Below are positions 1 through 13,400 of a stretch of 64,000 nt of DNA, one piece after another. Both the position numbers and the translations under genes were made by a program. The notes beneath the pieces were generated by a model. It had not been told where the DNA came from. It was given only the letters and a program-made list of their open reading frames with translations, and ran no database searches. Position 1 is the stretch's first letter; each line of letters opens with the position of its first letter. Origin of the DNA: Deltaproteobacteria bacterium YD0425bin51 (GTDB lineage: Bacteria; Desulfobacterota; Desulfobacteria; Desulfobacterales; YD0425bin51); NCBI GenBank assembly GCA_002753225.1, contig PDZS01000009.1:16500-80499 (forward strand), read 5' to 3'.

Positions 1-249
1 ATCAGGTGCTAAAAAATAAGTGGCATCTAATCCTTTTGAACGAAGAAGCTCTGTTAATTTTGCAGCATTATATACAGAAATAAAAGCCCCAGCCTGAATA
101 GTATAGCCCATTAAAACCAGATCTTTTTGTGGTTTTTCATATACAGTTTTAGGCTCTAACGGTTTAGTCTCTGGTATATGTTTATATTTAGCGCATCCAA
201 TAAAAAGGACAAATATAATAACTAAAATTTTTTTGTTGTTTTTTAGCAT
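1..249 (-). CDS. SPOR-domain lipoprotein, N-terminal part (runs off window start)
   Basis: Manual translation from ATG at 249: MLKNNKKILVIIFVLFIGC (lipobox-like) ... GYTIQAGAF..VYNAAKLTELLRSKGLDA (SPOR motif). Confidence 0.7.
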   Translation of the reverse strand, partial: MLKNNKKILVIIFVLFIGCAKYKHIPETKPLEPKTVYEKPQKDLVLMGYTIQAGAFISVYNAAKLTELLRSKGLDATYFLAPD

Positions 250-269
250 AATAAACTTAAAATCTTAGA

Positions 270-1064
270 ATGAATGTTTCAGTAATTATTCCAGTTTATA
301 ATAGAGCTGGGTTTGTTAAGGAAGCGATTGAATCTGTCCTTTCCCAGACATTTGCTAATTTTGAAGTTATAGTAATAGATGACGGCTCCACAGACAATAC
401 TAAACAAATTTTACACTCTTATCTAAATAAAATTATAGTAATTAGTCAAGATAATAAAGGAGTAAGTTATACAAGAAATCAAGGAGTTCTTAATGCTTCA
501 TATGAATGGATTGCTTTTCTTGATTCTGATGACATGTGGCTACCCAATAAGCTTTCCCATCAGGTAGCCTTTATTGAAGCAAACAAGGATGTGCTAATTT
601 GCCAGACTGAAGAAATATGGATAAAAAATGGTATTAGAGTTAATCCTAAAAAACGTCACAAAAAAAGATCAGGAATGATTTTTGAAAGGTCTCTTGAACT
701 TTGTTTAGTTAGTCCTTCAGCAGTCATGATTAAAAAGGATTTTTTTAAAGAAATTGGAGGTTTTGATGAAGACCTCCCTGCATGTGAAGACTATGACTTA
801 TGGCTTAGAATAAGCTGCAGGTATCCAATATATCTAATTGAAAAACCTCTTATTATAAAGCGGGGAGGGCATATTGACCAATTATCACGCACTCCTTTAC
901 TGGACAAATATAGAATATATTCCATAAAAAAAATATTAGAAAGCGGTTTGCTTTCTCCTTCTCAGAAACTATCTGCAGAAAAAGTCTTAAAAGAAAAATG
1001 TGCAATTTTTGCAAATGGATGTATAAAAAGGGGAAAAACTGATGAGGCTTATTATTATTTATAG
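270..1064 (+). CDS. Glycosyltransferase family 2
   Basis: VSVIIPVYN, IDDGSTD, AFLDSDD, EDYDLW motifs. Confidence 0.92.
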   Translation: MNVSVIIPVYNRAGFVKEAIESVLSQTFANFEVIVIDDGSTDNTKQILHSYLNKIIVISQDNKGVSYTRNQGVLNASYEWIAFLDSDDMWLPNKLSHQVAFIEANKDVLICQTEEIWIKNGIRVNPKKRHKKRSGMIFERSLELCLVSPSAVMIKKDFFKEIGGFDEDLPACEDYDLWLRISCRYPIYLIEKPLIIKRGGHIDQLSRTPLLDKYRIYSIKKILESGLLSPSQKLSAEKVLKEKCAIFANGCIKRGKTDEAYYYL

Positions 1065-1125
1065 CTTTGACAATAAAGAGTTTATATAATATTTATATTT
1101 TACTTCTTTTAAATTTGGAGTCAAA

Positions 1126-1725
1126 ATGGGATTTGCTGCAAAAAAAATAGAAAAAAAATATAGTTATGCTGATTATTTGGAATGGGAGGATAATCGCAGA
1201 TGGGAAATTATTGATGGCGATGTTTATGATATGAGTCCATCTCCATTAAGAAAACATCAATTTACTTCTATCGAATTATCGTGGCAAATAAAAAATTTTT
1301 TAAAAGCAAACAAAAGACCTTGTGAAGCCTATCATGCTCCATTTGATGTCCGCTTTCCAGAAAGCGTTAAAAATGATGAAGAAATTATAGATGTAGTTCA
1401 ACCTGATATAGTTGTTATTTGTGACTATTCTAAGCTAGATAGGCGAGGTTGTCATGGCGCTCCTGATTTCATAATAGAAATTCTTTCTCCTTATACAGCT
1501 CACAAAGACCATAATATAAAGCGTGACCTTTATGAAAAAAATAAAGTGAAGGAATATTGGATTATAGACCCCTCAAATAAAATTGTAACAGTTTATATTT
1601 TGGATGAAAAAAACAGATATGAAAAACCTATGATACATTCAAAGCAAGGCAAACTAAAAGTTGCAGCTTTAGAAGGACTTGAAATTGATTTTGACGACAT
1701 ATTTTCTGCGTCTGTTTTTGAATAA
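1126..1725 (+). CDS. Uma2/DUF820 family PD-(D/E)XK endonuclease
   Basis: YSYADY, EIIDG, QPDIVV, GAPDFIIEILSP, EYWIIDP motifs. Confidence 0.9.
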   Translation: MGFAAKKIEKKYSYADYLEWEDNRRWEIIDGDVYDMSPSPLRKHQFTSIELSWQIKNFLKANKRPCEAYHAPFDVRFPESVKNDEEIIDVVQPDIVVICDYSKLDRRGCHGAPDFIIEILSPYTAHKDHNIKRDLYEKNKVKEYWIIDPSNKIVTVYILDEKNRYEKPMIHSKQGKLKVAALEGLEIDFDDIFSASVFE

Positions 1726-1728
1726 GAT

Positions 1729-3288
1729 ATGCCTATTTATACAGAAATTACAGTTTCGCCTGATTTTATAGATGATAATTCTTTTATCAGATCAGAAATT
1801 TTAAAAGCAATAGCTTTACCAGAGGACAAGCAGATTAAATTTAAAATTATAAAGAGGTCAATAGATTCAAGAGGAAAATTCCCTAAATATCTCCTTAAAA
1901 TTGAAGTTTATATGGAAGGAGAAGATCCAGAGCAAAAATTTTATTCATTAAAATATCCAAATGTATTTTCAAAAAAGCAGGTATTGATAATAGGAGCAGG
2001 TCCATCTGGTTATTTTTGCGCTTTAGAGCTGATTGAAAATGGTCTAAAACCAATTATTTTAGAGAGGGGAAAAGATGTAATATCTCGTACTAAAGATATT
2101 TTATTATTAAAAGAAACATCTGTGTTGAACCCAGAATCAAACTTTTGTTTTGGAGAGGGAGGAGCTGGAGCTTATTCTGATGGTAAGCTATATACGCGTT
2201 CTACAAAGAGGGGAAATATAGCAAAAGTTTTAAAAATTTTTGTTGATCATGGAGCAAATCCTGATATTTTAATTGATGCACACCCCCATATTGGTTCAGA
2301 TAAATTGCCTCAAATTGTTAAAAGAATTAGAGAAACTATTCTGTCTCACGGCGGAGATATTTATTTTAATACAAAAGTTACAGATTTTATAATAAAAAAC
2401 GAAACAATTATAGGGGTCAGGTCAGAAGATGATAGAGAATTTTATGGTGAAGCTGTTGTTCTGGCAACTGGTCATTCTGCCCATGATATTTTTGAACTTT
2501 TGTATAAAAAAGGAATTTTTATTAAAGCAAAGCCATTTGCTTTGGGTGTAAGAATTGAGCACCCACAATCTTTGATAGATGAAATTCAATATCATCATAC
2601 CCCACGTCACAATAAATTGCCAGCAGCAAGCTACAGATTAGTCTGTCAGGTTGAAAGAAGAGGAGTTTTTTCATTTTGCATGTGCCCCGGCGGTTTTATT
2701 GTGCCTACTTCAACAGATATTGGAGAGATTGTTATAAATGGTATGAGTTTATCAAATAGAGATTCTATGTACGCTAACTCTGGCATTGTTGTTGAAGTAA
2801 AAGTTGAAGATACTCTTCCATACACAGGGGAATTATCCTCTCTTTCTTTTCAAAAGGGAGTTGAAAAGAAAGCTTACAGATATAACCCCCAAAAAAATTT
2901 GAAAGCTCCTGCCCAAAGAATGATTGATTTTGTAAAGGATAAAGTTTCACCTACAATTCCAGATACCTCTTACTTTCCCGGAGTTTTTTCAGCAGATTTT
3001 AATGAGATTTTACCCAAAAATGTAAGCATGCGCCTAAAAAGAGCTTTTGTTGAATTTGGCAGTAAAATGAGAGGCTATTATACTAATGAAGCGACACTAT
3101 TAGCTGTTGAATCAAGAACAAGCTCTCCTGTAAAAATTCCAAGACTTGATGATTCGCTTATGCACCCTCAAATAAAAAATTTATACCCTTGCGGTGAAGG
3201 TTCAGGTTATGCTGGAGGAATTGTATCTTGTGCAATTGATGGTCAAAAGGTTGCGCGTTGTATAAATACATATAGAGAACTAAAATAA
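1729..3288 (+). CDS. NAD(P)/FAD-dependent oxidoreductase (uncharacterized FAD-dependent dehydrogenase family)
   Basis: GAGPSG, FGEGGAGAYSDGKLYTR, SFCMCPGG, GEGSGYAGGIVS motifs. Confidence 0.85.
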   Translation: MPIYTEITVSPDFIDDNSFIRSEILKAIALPEDKQIKFKIIKRSIDSRGKFPKYLLKIEVYMEGEDPEQKFYSLKYPNVFSKKQVLIIGAGPSGYFCALELIENGLKPIILERGKDVISRTKDILLLKETSVLNPESNFCFGEGGAGAYSDGKLYTRSTKRGNIAKVLKIFVDHGANPDILIDAHPHIGSDKLPQIVKRIRETILSHGGDIYFNTKVTDFIIKNETIIGVRSEDDREFYGEAVVLATGHSAHDIFELLYKKGIFIKAKPFALGVRIEHPQSLIDEIQYHHTPRHNKLPAASYRLVCQVERRGVFSFCMCPGGFIVPTSTDIGEIVINGMSLSNRDSMYANSGIVVEVKVEDTLPYTGELSSLSFQKGVEKKAYRYNPQKNLKAPAQRMIDFVKDKVSPTIPDTSYFPGVFSADFNEILPKNVSMRLKRAFVEFGSKMRGYYTNEATLLAVESRTSSPVKIPRLDDSLMHPQIKNLYPCGEGSGYAGGIVSCAIDGQKVARCINTYRELK

Positions 3289-3359
3289 GGAATGGTGAAA
3301 AATTGATATATAGTGGAATTTTAATGATGTTATATTTAATCGCTTTAAATGGAGAAAAC

Positions 3360-4391
3360 ATGATAGATAATAAAATGGAAAAATTAGAAATTGCTCAAGA
3401 ACATGTGTATCAAGATGAGAATACAAATATTCAAAATATAATCAAATTATTAAAGAAAAAAATGGATAAAGACTATTCTACTGGAATAATGAGGCGTGGT
3501 GCACATCCTAAACATCATGGTTGTGTTAAAGCAGAATTCATAGTTGAAACTAATTTATCAGATGAGCTGCGAGTCGGAATATTTAAAGAAGCTTCTAAAT
3601 ACCCAGCTTGGATTCGTTTTTCCAATGGTTCTGGAGAAGTTCAATCCGATCTCAAAAAAGATATACGAGGTATAGCTATTAAAGTTATGAATGTTGAAGG
3701 TAAAAAATTATTGGAAGATGAAATTGATGAAAAAACTCAGGATTTTCTACTTTTAAGCTATCCTGTTCTTCCAATAGGTATAGTTTCCGATTTTTATAAA
3801 CTTATTGATGCTGCTATCAATAAACATCCTTTATGGTTCTTTTTAAATCCATTTTCTTTGCATCTTCGTGAAATTAAATTATTTATAGATGCAGCTCGCC
3901 AACATACTAATCCTTTAGATATCCCTTATTGGAGTACCACACCGTATATGTTTGGGACAAAAGCTGTAAAATATTCAATTAAACCAACTTCAAATAATCT
4001 TAAAGAAATGCCTGTTAATCCTTCAGGAAATTATTTATGTGAAATAATGAAGCAACAGTTAAAAGAGACAGAGGCTTCTTTTGATTTTATGGTTCAATTT
4101 CAAACTAATCCAGTCGAGATGCCAATAGAAGATGCTAGCATTCTTTGGGATGAATCACATTCTTCTTTTCAAAAGGTTGCAACTATTAAAATTCCTCCTC
4201 AGCAATTTGATTCAGAAAAGCAAATGGATTTTTGTGAAAATTTGTCCTTTACTCCATGGCATAGTCTTCCAGAACACAAACCTCTGGGCGGTATTAACAG
4301 AGCTCGTAAAGAAATATATCGTGAACTTTCAAAATATCGACATCAAAAAAATAATATATCTCGGAAAGAACCTACAAAATGTGAGTTATAA
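3360..4391 (+). CDS. Catalase-like heme protein (short catalase-related peroxidase/AOS-like family)
   Basis: RGAHPKHHG (distal His), RFSN, RGIAIK, RARKEIY (proximal Tyr). Start moved to ATG 3360 because of a GGAG RBS. Confidence 0.8.
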   Translation: MIDNKMEKLEIAQEHVYQDENTNIQNIIKLLKKKMDKDYSTGIMRRGAHPKHHGCVKAEFIVETNLSDELRVGIFKEASKYPAWIRFSNGSGEVQSDLKKDIRGIAIKVMNVEGKKLLEDEIDEKTQDFLLLSYPVLPIGIVSDFYKLIDAAINKHPLWFFLNPFSLHLREIKLFIDAARQHTNPLDIPYWSTTPYMFGTKAVKYSIKPTSNNLKEMPVNPSGNYLCEIMKQQLKETEASFDFMVQFQTNPVEMPIEDASILWDESHSSFQKVATIKIPPQQFDSEKQMDFCENLSFTPWHSLPEHKPLGGINRARKEIYRELSKYRHQKNNISRKEPTKCEL

Positions 4392-4440
4392 CTTCTTAAA
4401 ATAATCAAGAACAAAACTTGCCATAGGTTTGGATGAAGCT

Positions 4441-7400
4441 TTATAATAAATAAATACTATTATATGCTTCATCAACATTAATAACTCCATCTTTAAGACG
4501 GGAAATAACATTCAACATTAAATCATCCTTACCTTCTTCAAAAACAAAACTATTTTGACAAGTAATATGTTCGGTAAGCTTTTGAATTGTTGGATAATTA
4601 AATAAATCTGTTATTCTTAAATTAGTTCCTATTTTTTCGTTTATAATATTTATTATTTCAACTGCTAAAATTGAATCTACTCCAAAATCTGTATAAGGTG
4701 TATTTATATCAAAATCCTGATTTTTAAGAACTTGGGTCAAACTCTCAGTTATTTTCTCTTCTATATTTACTCTATTGTTTATTTGTTTTTTTTTTTCTTT
4801 TACTAAGAAAGTTTTCTTATGCCTAGTCTCTCCATTGCTTTCAGAAGTTATAATATGCGCCAAACTATTTGGGATACTTTCATTCAAACATAAAACATTA
4901 TTAAAGCCTTCTTCAAAAAGTATCTTCTTCCACATATCCAAACTTAAAAGCGGACCACCCTTTAATCTATCTTCTTCATCATCAAACATCCACCAACCTT
5001 CTAGTAATCCAAAAGTAAGCGATGTAAAATTTGTTATAGAGGTCGCTTCATTTAATATCATCACTCCATTTCTCTTTAAAAGTGATTTTGCATTTTGAAG
5101 GGTATTTCTTATATTTTTCGTTGCGTGAATGACATTTGCAGCTATAACTATATCAAAGCTTCCATAATTATAGTTCTGCTCTTTTATATCTTTTTCTATG
5201 TTTAAAAGTTCAAATTTTACAAAAGGATAATCTTTAAATGTTTTTTTAGCATAATTTAGAAAACTCAAAGAAATGTCGGTATAAATATAATTAACATCTT
5301 TATTTGTCTTAATTAAATCCAAAACAAAAGAACTTGTTCCTCCTGTTCCTGCTCCAATTTCTAATATATTAATTTTATCAAAACCCCTAAATTCAATATA
5401 TTGCTTTACTGTTTGTGCTACCATATTATTTAAAAAATCTGCACTTTTATTTTCTCTGTAAACGCTTTCTACAAGGTCTGTCGAAGAATTAGGAAATATT
5501 ACTTCCACTGATTTTCTTTTTCCTGTAAGTATTTCACACAAATTATCCATGCAAACTGAAAGAAGACGAACATAAGGAAGCATCTCAGGATAATTATTTA
5601 TTATCTCTTCTTTCTTTTCATAAACATTGCAATTTTCAGATTGTTTTAAAATCTCCAATATTTTTTCATATAAACGCTTATATATTGGAATAACATTTAA
5701 ATCTTTATTTTCTTTAAAAATATCAACCAAATAATATCCGCACAGTTTATTTAAATCATCAAAAGGAGATTTTAATGGCGCGTCAATATCTGGTAATTCA
5801 AAGAGGTTTTTTACTTTTGATAAAAAGCTAGGTATGGTTTCAGGATAAAGCTCAATCAAACTATTTTTTGCTATATTAATTCTATCTAATAAAATTTTTT
5901 GAGCCTTTAGAGGCATAACGTGCTGCACTCTATGAGATAATATCCTGCAAATTGCATCTATACCTTCTTCTGTCTTAATTGGAATAAAACCCATTTTTTG
6001 AACTAATTTTTTTTGTTCGCCATTATCATTGTCCCAGTATCCCCAATTTATGCTTATGACAGGATAGGGGAGTTTTTGATTTAAATACATTGCAAAACTG
6101 TCTTTAAATCCGCATCCAAAAGCATAATGAGAAAGTCCTCTATCTCCTATAAAAGATTGGGATGAAGAAAAAAAGAGCAAAAAATCCAAATTTTCCTTCT
6201 CTATTGCTTTATACAAAACCATGCTTCCTTTAACTTTAGGAGACATAACAAAACGAAATGTTTCTTCATCCATTTCTGCTATAAGATTTGCATGAGGAAT
6301 AATTGCTGCATGAATTGCTCCATCAATTTTTCCAAACTTTTCTTTTCCTTTATTTACTCCATATTTTATGGATTCAAAATCGTTTGCATCAGCAGTCAAA
6401 TAAATTACATTTCCACCCAGTTCACTAACATTTTTTATCTTTTTATCAATATCTTCATTTAACTCTCTTCTCCCAATCCATATTAAATTTGCTTTAAATT
6501 CTTTACCTAAATATTTACTGAGCTTAAAGCCAATATTTCCTGTTCCTCCCAAAATAAGATAAACTCCATTTGTTTTAAAAGGCATTTTATATGCTTTAGG
6601 AATTTTGATCTTTTCAAAAACTAATCTGTATGGCCTAAATTTTTTATCCATAAAACTTACATTTATCTTGGGATATTCATTTTCTATAGCCCTTGAAAAA
6701 CCATATAAACTAAAAGGATTATCTGTAATAATTTTAAGCTCAATGGGATTTTTAATTAATTTAATAATTCTAAATAAAGTTAAAGCTTTTTGTTCAAATG
6801 ATTCAGCATCAAAATCGTTATCTAAATAATGTATAGTATCAGATTCTTCTATCTTGGATTTTTCTATTTCAAAATTTTGAGAAGACAGTATAAGAATGTT
6901 TTTCTTGTCAGAAGAATTAGATTTATAATATTTTAAGCTTGGTTTATAAAAAAAATCCAAATCCGGATTTTCTATTTTAGGCTCTTTTTTTAATGATTCT
7001 TTTATCCAGTGCCGTTCTTTTGCAAATGGATATGTTGGAATAGGAATACGTCTTGGCTTTTTATCTTGATATAATAACTCCCAATCTATTTCAACGCCTA
7101 CAACCCAAAGATGTGCCAGTTTATTTAACTTCCTGTCTTTAAATATGATTTTAATAAACTCGCTCCCTTCTTCTCCTTCAAGCAAAAGCTCTGCTTTTAG
7201 TTTACTTGTCTCAATATTTCCTTCATAAAAATTTTCTATATAATCTTTTCCCTTGATATATTTCTCTAATTTGACTTTTAATTCATCAATACTTGAAACA
7301 ACCATTGCTATTCTATGTTCCATTGAATTACGCCCCATCTGCAACGTATAGGCTATATTTTCAAGAGAGATTTCTTTTTTATCTAAAAATTCAATAAATT

Positions 7401-10400
7401 CTTTTGCATAATCTTGAAGTCTATCTTTATTTTTAGCTGATATTATTATTAAACAAGGGTTTGAAGATATGTTTTCTGTTATATTTTCATATTCTTCCAA
7501 AACTACATGGCAATTTGCTCCTCCAAATCCAAAAGAGCTTATTCCTGCTCTTCTTGGTATTAAATTCCCTTTTTCATCTATTAGCCTTTCCCATACCTTT
7601 GTTTTATCTACAATATAAAAAGGCGTATTTTCGAGCTTAATATTAGGATTTAAAGTTTTTAAATGCAGGGTGCCTGGCAGTTTTCCATATTGCAAAGATA
7701 ATATAACCTTCATGATTCCAGCAATTCCTGATGCTGGTTCCAAATGTCCTATATTTGTTTTAACAGAACCTATTCCGCAAAATTTTTCTTTTTTACAAAG
7801 CCTAAAAGCTTTTTTTATACCCTCAACTTCCACAGGATCTCCAAGCTCTGTTCCTGTTCCATGAAGTTCAAGGTAGCTAACTGTTTCAACGTCTACTCCC
7901 CCCTTTTTATATGCTGAAATAAGAAGGGCGCTTTGCGCATCATAATTAGGGGCAGTAAGTGATGCTGCTTTGCCTCCATGATTTACAGCAGAACCTTTTA
8001 TAGTTGCATAAATAAAATCATTATCTTTTTTGGCTCTATCTAAGGATTTAAGAACTATTACCCCAACACCTTCTCCTTTAACGTATCCATTTGCGCTTTT
8101 ATCAAAAGTTTTACATCTTCCGTCCGGAGATAAAACTCCAAGTTTTCCAGCACTAATCATTGTCCCAGGTGAAAGCATAAGACTTACTCCTCCAGCTACT
8201 GCCATGTCGCATTCACGATTTTTTATGGCGGATACAGCTCTATGAACAGCTATAAGACTGCTTGAACATGCTGTATCTATAACTTCGCTAGGTCCATGCC
8301 AGTCCATGATATATGAAACCCTGTTTGCAAGCATAGCATTTGAAGTTCCAGTTGCAGCAAGCGCACTGCTTTTGTTATGAAACATAAGGATATGCTGATA
8401 ATCATTAAACTGGACTCCGACAAAAATGCCTATTTGCTTTCCTGATAAATCACTTGCTTTGTACCCTGCGTCTTCAACTCCTTTCCATACGCTTTGTAAA
8501 AACAATCTATGCTGGGGATCCATCATTTCAGCCTCAGCTAATGATATTTTAAAAAAGGATGGGTCGAACTTATCAACATCAGAAATAAATCCGCCCCATT
8601 TATAAATACTTTGGTAATCTAAATCCCATCTTTCTTTTGGAATTTCTGTAATTAAATCATGTTCTAATTCTAAATGACGAAAAAAATCCATTAAATTTTT
8701 TGAATTGGGGAAAATGCCATCCATACCTATTACAGCTATATCTTCATTTTCAGATGCTATTTCTTTGTATGTATCAGTCGCAGTTTCAATATCGTTTTCA
8801 TTTAAATACTTACATAAAGATTTTATGTTGCTATGGGCAAAAAATATAGATGGAGTGATTTCTGTTTTATAGTTTTGACTTAATCTTTCAGCAAACATTT
8901 TAAGGGCAATGGAATCAAATCCAAAACTTCCTAAATTTTCATTTGGATCAATACTTTTTGGAGATACTTTAAGAATTGATGCTGCAATATTTAGTATATC
9001 CATATCTTTTGTAGAATAAGCATTCACAAGTTTTCCAGAATAATGAATTCCCGTTTTAGCAGGAATGACGTCATTCCCGCGAAAGCGGGAATCCAGGGGA
9101 ATATGTCCAATTGATGTCACCATTACTTGAGAATAATTGCTTTTAAGGATATCTTCAAATGAACTAGTACCCTGATCTGTTTCTAAATAGCTCATTCCAG
9201 ATTTTTTGAGATAAATTTCTTCGGCTTCCATATCCATATGGAGCCCGCCTTCTCGCCACAAGTGCCAATTAATTGATACTGCAACCCCTTGTCTCTCCCC
9301 CTTAATTCTTAATTCTTCACGCATTTTAGCAAAACCATCTAAAAACCTGTTTGCAACGGCATAATCGCACTGCCCAAAATCGCCTAAAATAGATGATGTT
9401 GAGGAAAAAAGAACAAAGAAATCAAGCAGCTCATTTTTAGTAACTTCATCTAAAACAATTGTCCCATGAACTTTAGGCTTAAGTGTTGCCTCAAAATCAT
9501 AAAATCCCTTTTTTGTAACAGGTATTTTTGAAGAAATACCAGCGCTGTGAATCACTCCATCAATTCTTCCAAATTTTTCCTTTGTTTTTTTTATAACATC
9601 TGACATTCCATTTATATCAGATACATCTGTTTGAAAATAAAGGAAATCTCCTTCTACTTCTTTCTTTGATCTCCCTGTTAAAATGATTTTTGCCCTGTAT
9701 TTTTTAGCTAAGAAATCTGCAAAAATTTTACCAAGCCCACCTGCTCCTCCAGTAATTAAATAAACGCCTTCATGCTTTATAGGCAAAGTTTTTTTTCCTT
9801 CTATTTTAATATTGGAAATATTTAAGGTAAATCTTTCCCCATTTTTATACATGACTTCATTATCATTTAATGTAAGCTCTTTTTTTATGATATTTAAAAT
9901 ATCTATATCTGTTTCAACTTTAAGCGTTGAAAACTTTATATTTGGAAGCACAAGGGCAAGAGACTTAGAGTATCCTGATACTGCATCTTTAAAAGGGCTG
10001 TTGTCATCTGATACAAATAAAAACCTGCACGCTTCAATATTTTTAATAATATGATAAACAGAATATATTGTATTTCCTAAAGAGCCATCTTTTCCTAATG
10101 ACCAAAGATGTACTATAGCTTTTGCATTTGGTATATTTAAAAATAATTTTTTATAGTCTTCTTCTGAATCTTGATTAATTTCATACAAATTATCAGACAG
10201 CTTTATGAATTCTTTACCGGGTTTAACTAAAATTCCATTAGAATTAACCCTTTTGTCATCTGTATCGAAAAAAACTATAGGGTCTGAATAATCTTCACAT
10301 GCAATTTTTTTTGATTTTCCCCATACAGGCTTAAGGAAATTTATATTTCCTTTATTTTCTGTTTTAAAGCCTGAACCTGAATACCAATATCTTTCCCTTG

Positions 10401-13400
10401 CAAAAGGGTATGTTGGTAGAGGAACTCGTTTTGGCAATTCATTGCTGTATAAAATCTTCCAGTCAATGGAAACTCCGGAAACCCATAATTTACCAATTTT
10501 ATCCAAATCTTTTTTCTTTAATATAACGTTTAAAAAAGCTTTCCCTTCGTCCCCTTCAAGTATAATTTCAGTTTTATTTTTTTTAACATTTCCAGAATAA
10601 AAATTATCTATATCTTTTTCTCTATTTACATATTTATTTAATTTTTCTTTTAGCTCATCAAGACTTCTAACAATTATAGATATTCGCTCTTCCATTTCGT
10701 CTCTACCCACCTGCAGAGTATAGGAAATACTTTTAAGAGAGAACTCTTCATCTTTTTTTAAAAACTCTAAAAAATTGATTGCATATTCTCTTAATCTTTC
10801 GCTGTCTTTAGCAGAAAGTAGAATCAGGCTTTCTGAATCCTCAAAATCAGGTATTTGATTTTCATATTCTTCAATTACAACATGAGCATTTGACCCTCCA
10901 AATCCAAAAGAACTGACCCCTGCTATACGGGGAGATTCCCAGTCCATTGTTTCTTTAATAATATAAAATGGAGTGTTTTTTATGTCTATGTAAGGATTAA
11001 GCTCTTTAAAATGAATGTTTGGAAAAAGCTTATGGTATTTCATCGAAATAAGAACTTTAATTACTCCTGCTATACCTGCTGATGTCTCTAAATGCCCTAT
11101 GTTTGTCTTAACTGAGCCCAGTCCGCAAAAATTTGACTTTGACGCTCCTTTAAAAGCCATCTTTAGTCCGCTTATTTCTATTGGATCACCTAAACTGGTC
11201 CCTGTTCCATGGGCTTCAATGTAAGTTATTTGATCAGGAGTTATACCTGATTTATTAAAAGCTGAAATTAAAACTTCAGCCTGTGCTTTAGGATTTGGAG
11301 CAGTAAGAGAGGCTGTGTGACCTCCATGATTTTCAGCAGTTCCTCTTATTACTCCATATATGTAATCACCATCTTCCTCTGCTTTATGCAGCGGCTTTAA
11401 AAATATTGCACCAACCCCCTCCCCTCTTACATAACCATCAGCATCTTTATCAAATGTTTTGCATTTCCCATCTTTGCTTAACATTCCTGCTCTGCTGAAT
11501 GCTATTGAAAGAGTGGGGGTGAGAATTGTGTTTACTCCGCCAGCAATTGCCATATCGCATGAACCGCTTCTTATTGCCTCAATTGCTCTATGAATTGCAA
11601 CTAAAGAACTAGAACAAGCAGTGTCTATAGGCTCGCTTGGACCATGAAAATTTAAAATATATGATATACGATTTGCTAAAACTGAATGCGCCATTCCTGT
11701 TGATGTATATGGTTCAATTTCATCTAAGCTTTTACTTATAAGTTCTGCATAATCATTTGCTGCAACTCCGACAAATATGCCAGTTTTACTGCCAGAAAGG
11801 CTTTTTGGACTGTATCCTGCATCTTCAATGGTTTTCCACACTGTTTCTAAAAAAAGCCTTTGCTGGGGATCCATAAGTTCTGCTTCTCTTGGAGATATGG
11901 AAAAAAACTTGCAGTCAAATTTATCAACATCTGGCATAAACCCGCCCCATTTTGCCCATGTTTTATTAGGGTTAGTTGCAGGGTCACCATAAATTGCTTC
12001 AAAATCCCATCTATCTTTTGGAATTAGAGAAACCATATTTGCCCCTGCTTCCAGATTCTTAAAAAAAGAATATAGATCAGGAGACTTTGGCATGACACAG
12101 CTAACTCCTATAATTGCAACAGGATATACTGATTCATTCTCTACAAATCTTTTGATTTGCATGTTAAAACGAGGCGTTAATTTAGGTACTTCAATCTCTT
12201 TTGCTATTTTATAATATTTCAAAAGAGTTTCTAAATAAGAATCGCATAAAAATTTTGAAAAATCTTTGATGCTCTTATGTTCAAAAAACAAAACAGGAGT
12301 TATTTCAAGATCATATTTTTCATTTAACCTATTTGCAAACTTAGTAAAGCTTATGGAATCAAAACCATATTCGCTTATATCTTCGTTTATATTTATATCT
12401 TTCTCATGTATCTTTAAAATTTCTGAAATTATTTTAAATAAATCTTTATAAACTTTTGCTAAAATCCCTTCTGCATTGCCATCTGTTAAGTAACCGTCCA
12501 CAAGTTTTCCTGCAAAATGGATTCCCACTTCCGCGGGAATGACGTCATTCCCACGGAAGTGGGAATCCAAGAAAACTGGTGTTCGGTTACTTATTGTAGT
12601 TTTTTCAAAGCTCCCTTTTATCATCATAATCTGGCTGTATTGTTCTGAAAGAGCTATTAAAAAAGTTTCTATCCCTTCTTTGTGAGAAATAGTCTTTATT
12701 CCTGTCCTTTTGAACAAAAGCTTTTCTGTTTCAGAATCAACCTTCATCCCTCCGTCTTTCCAAAGGCTCCAGTTTATGGAAATTGTTTTGCCATGCCTGT
12801 TTTGGATTTTTCTATAATCTGCAAAATTGTCCATAAAGCTGTTTGCATAAGCATAATCAGACTGTCCTGCATTTCCTGTTATTGCAGATATTGAAGAAAA
12901 AAGAACAAAAAAGTCCAAATTTTCATCTTTTGTAGCTTCATCAAGATAGATTGTCCCTGATATTTTAGGAGCAAAAACTGCTTCAACCTCTTCTTTAGTC
13001 TTATTTTGAATATATCCGTCTTTTATTATCCCTGCGCTATGAATAATTCCATTAATTGATTTAAATTTTTCTTTAATTTCATAAATTAATTTAAAAACAT
13101 CATCTCTTTTTGAAACATCTGATTGAATATATGTAATATTATGGTCAAAAGTTTTATTTAAAGGAGAACGTCCGCAAATAATGACATGCGCCCCTATTTT
13201 TGACGCAAGATAGTTTGCAAAAACAAGTCCTATCCCTGATGCTCCTCCAGTAATTAAATATACTCCTTCCTCCTTTAAAAGATTTTTTATATCTTTTGAA
13301 GGTTCAAACTCTTCAATTTCCCTTATATATCTTTGTCCATCCTTATATCTAATTTCTACGCTATCATTTATATGAAACTCCTGTAAAACTATGGAAGGTG

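Noticed and set aside
1067-1090. TTGACA...TATAAT promoter before Uma2
   Set aside because: Spacing is only 12 bp.
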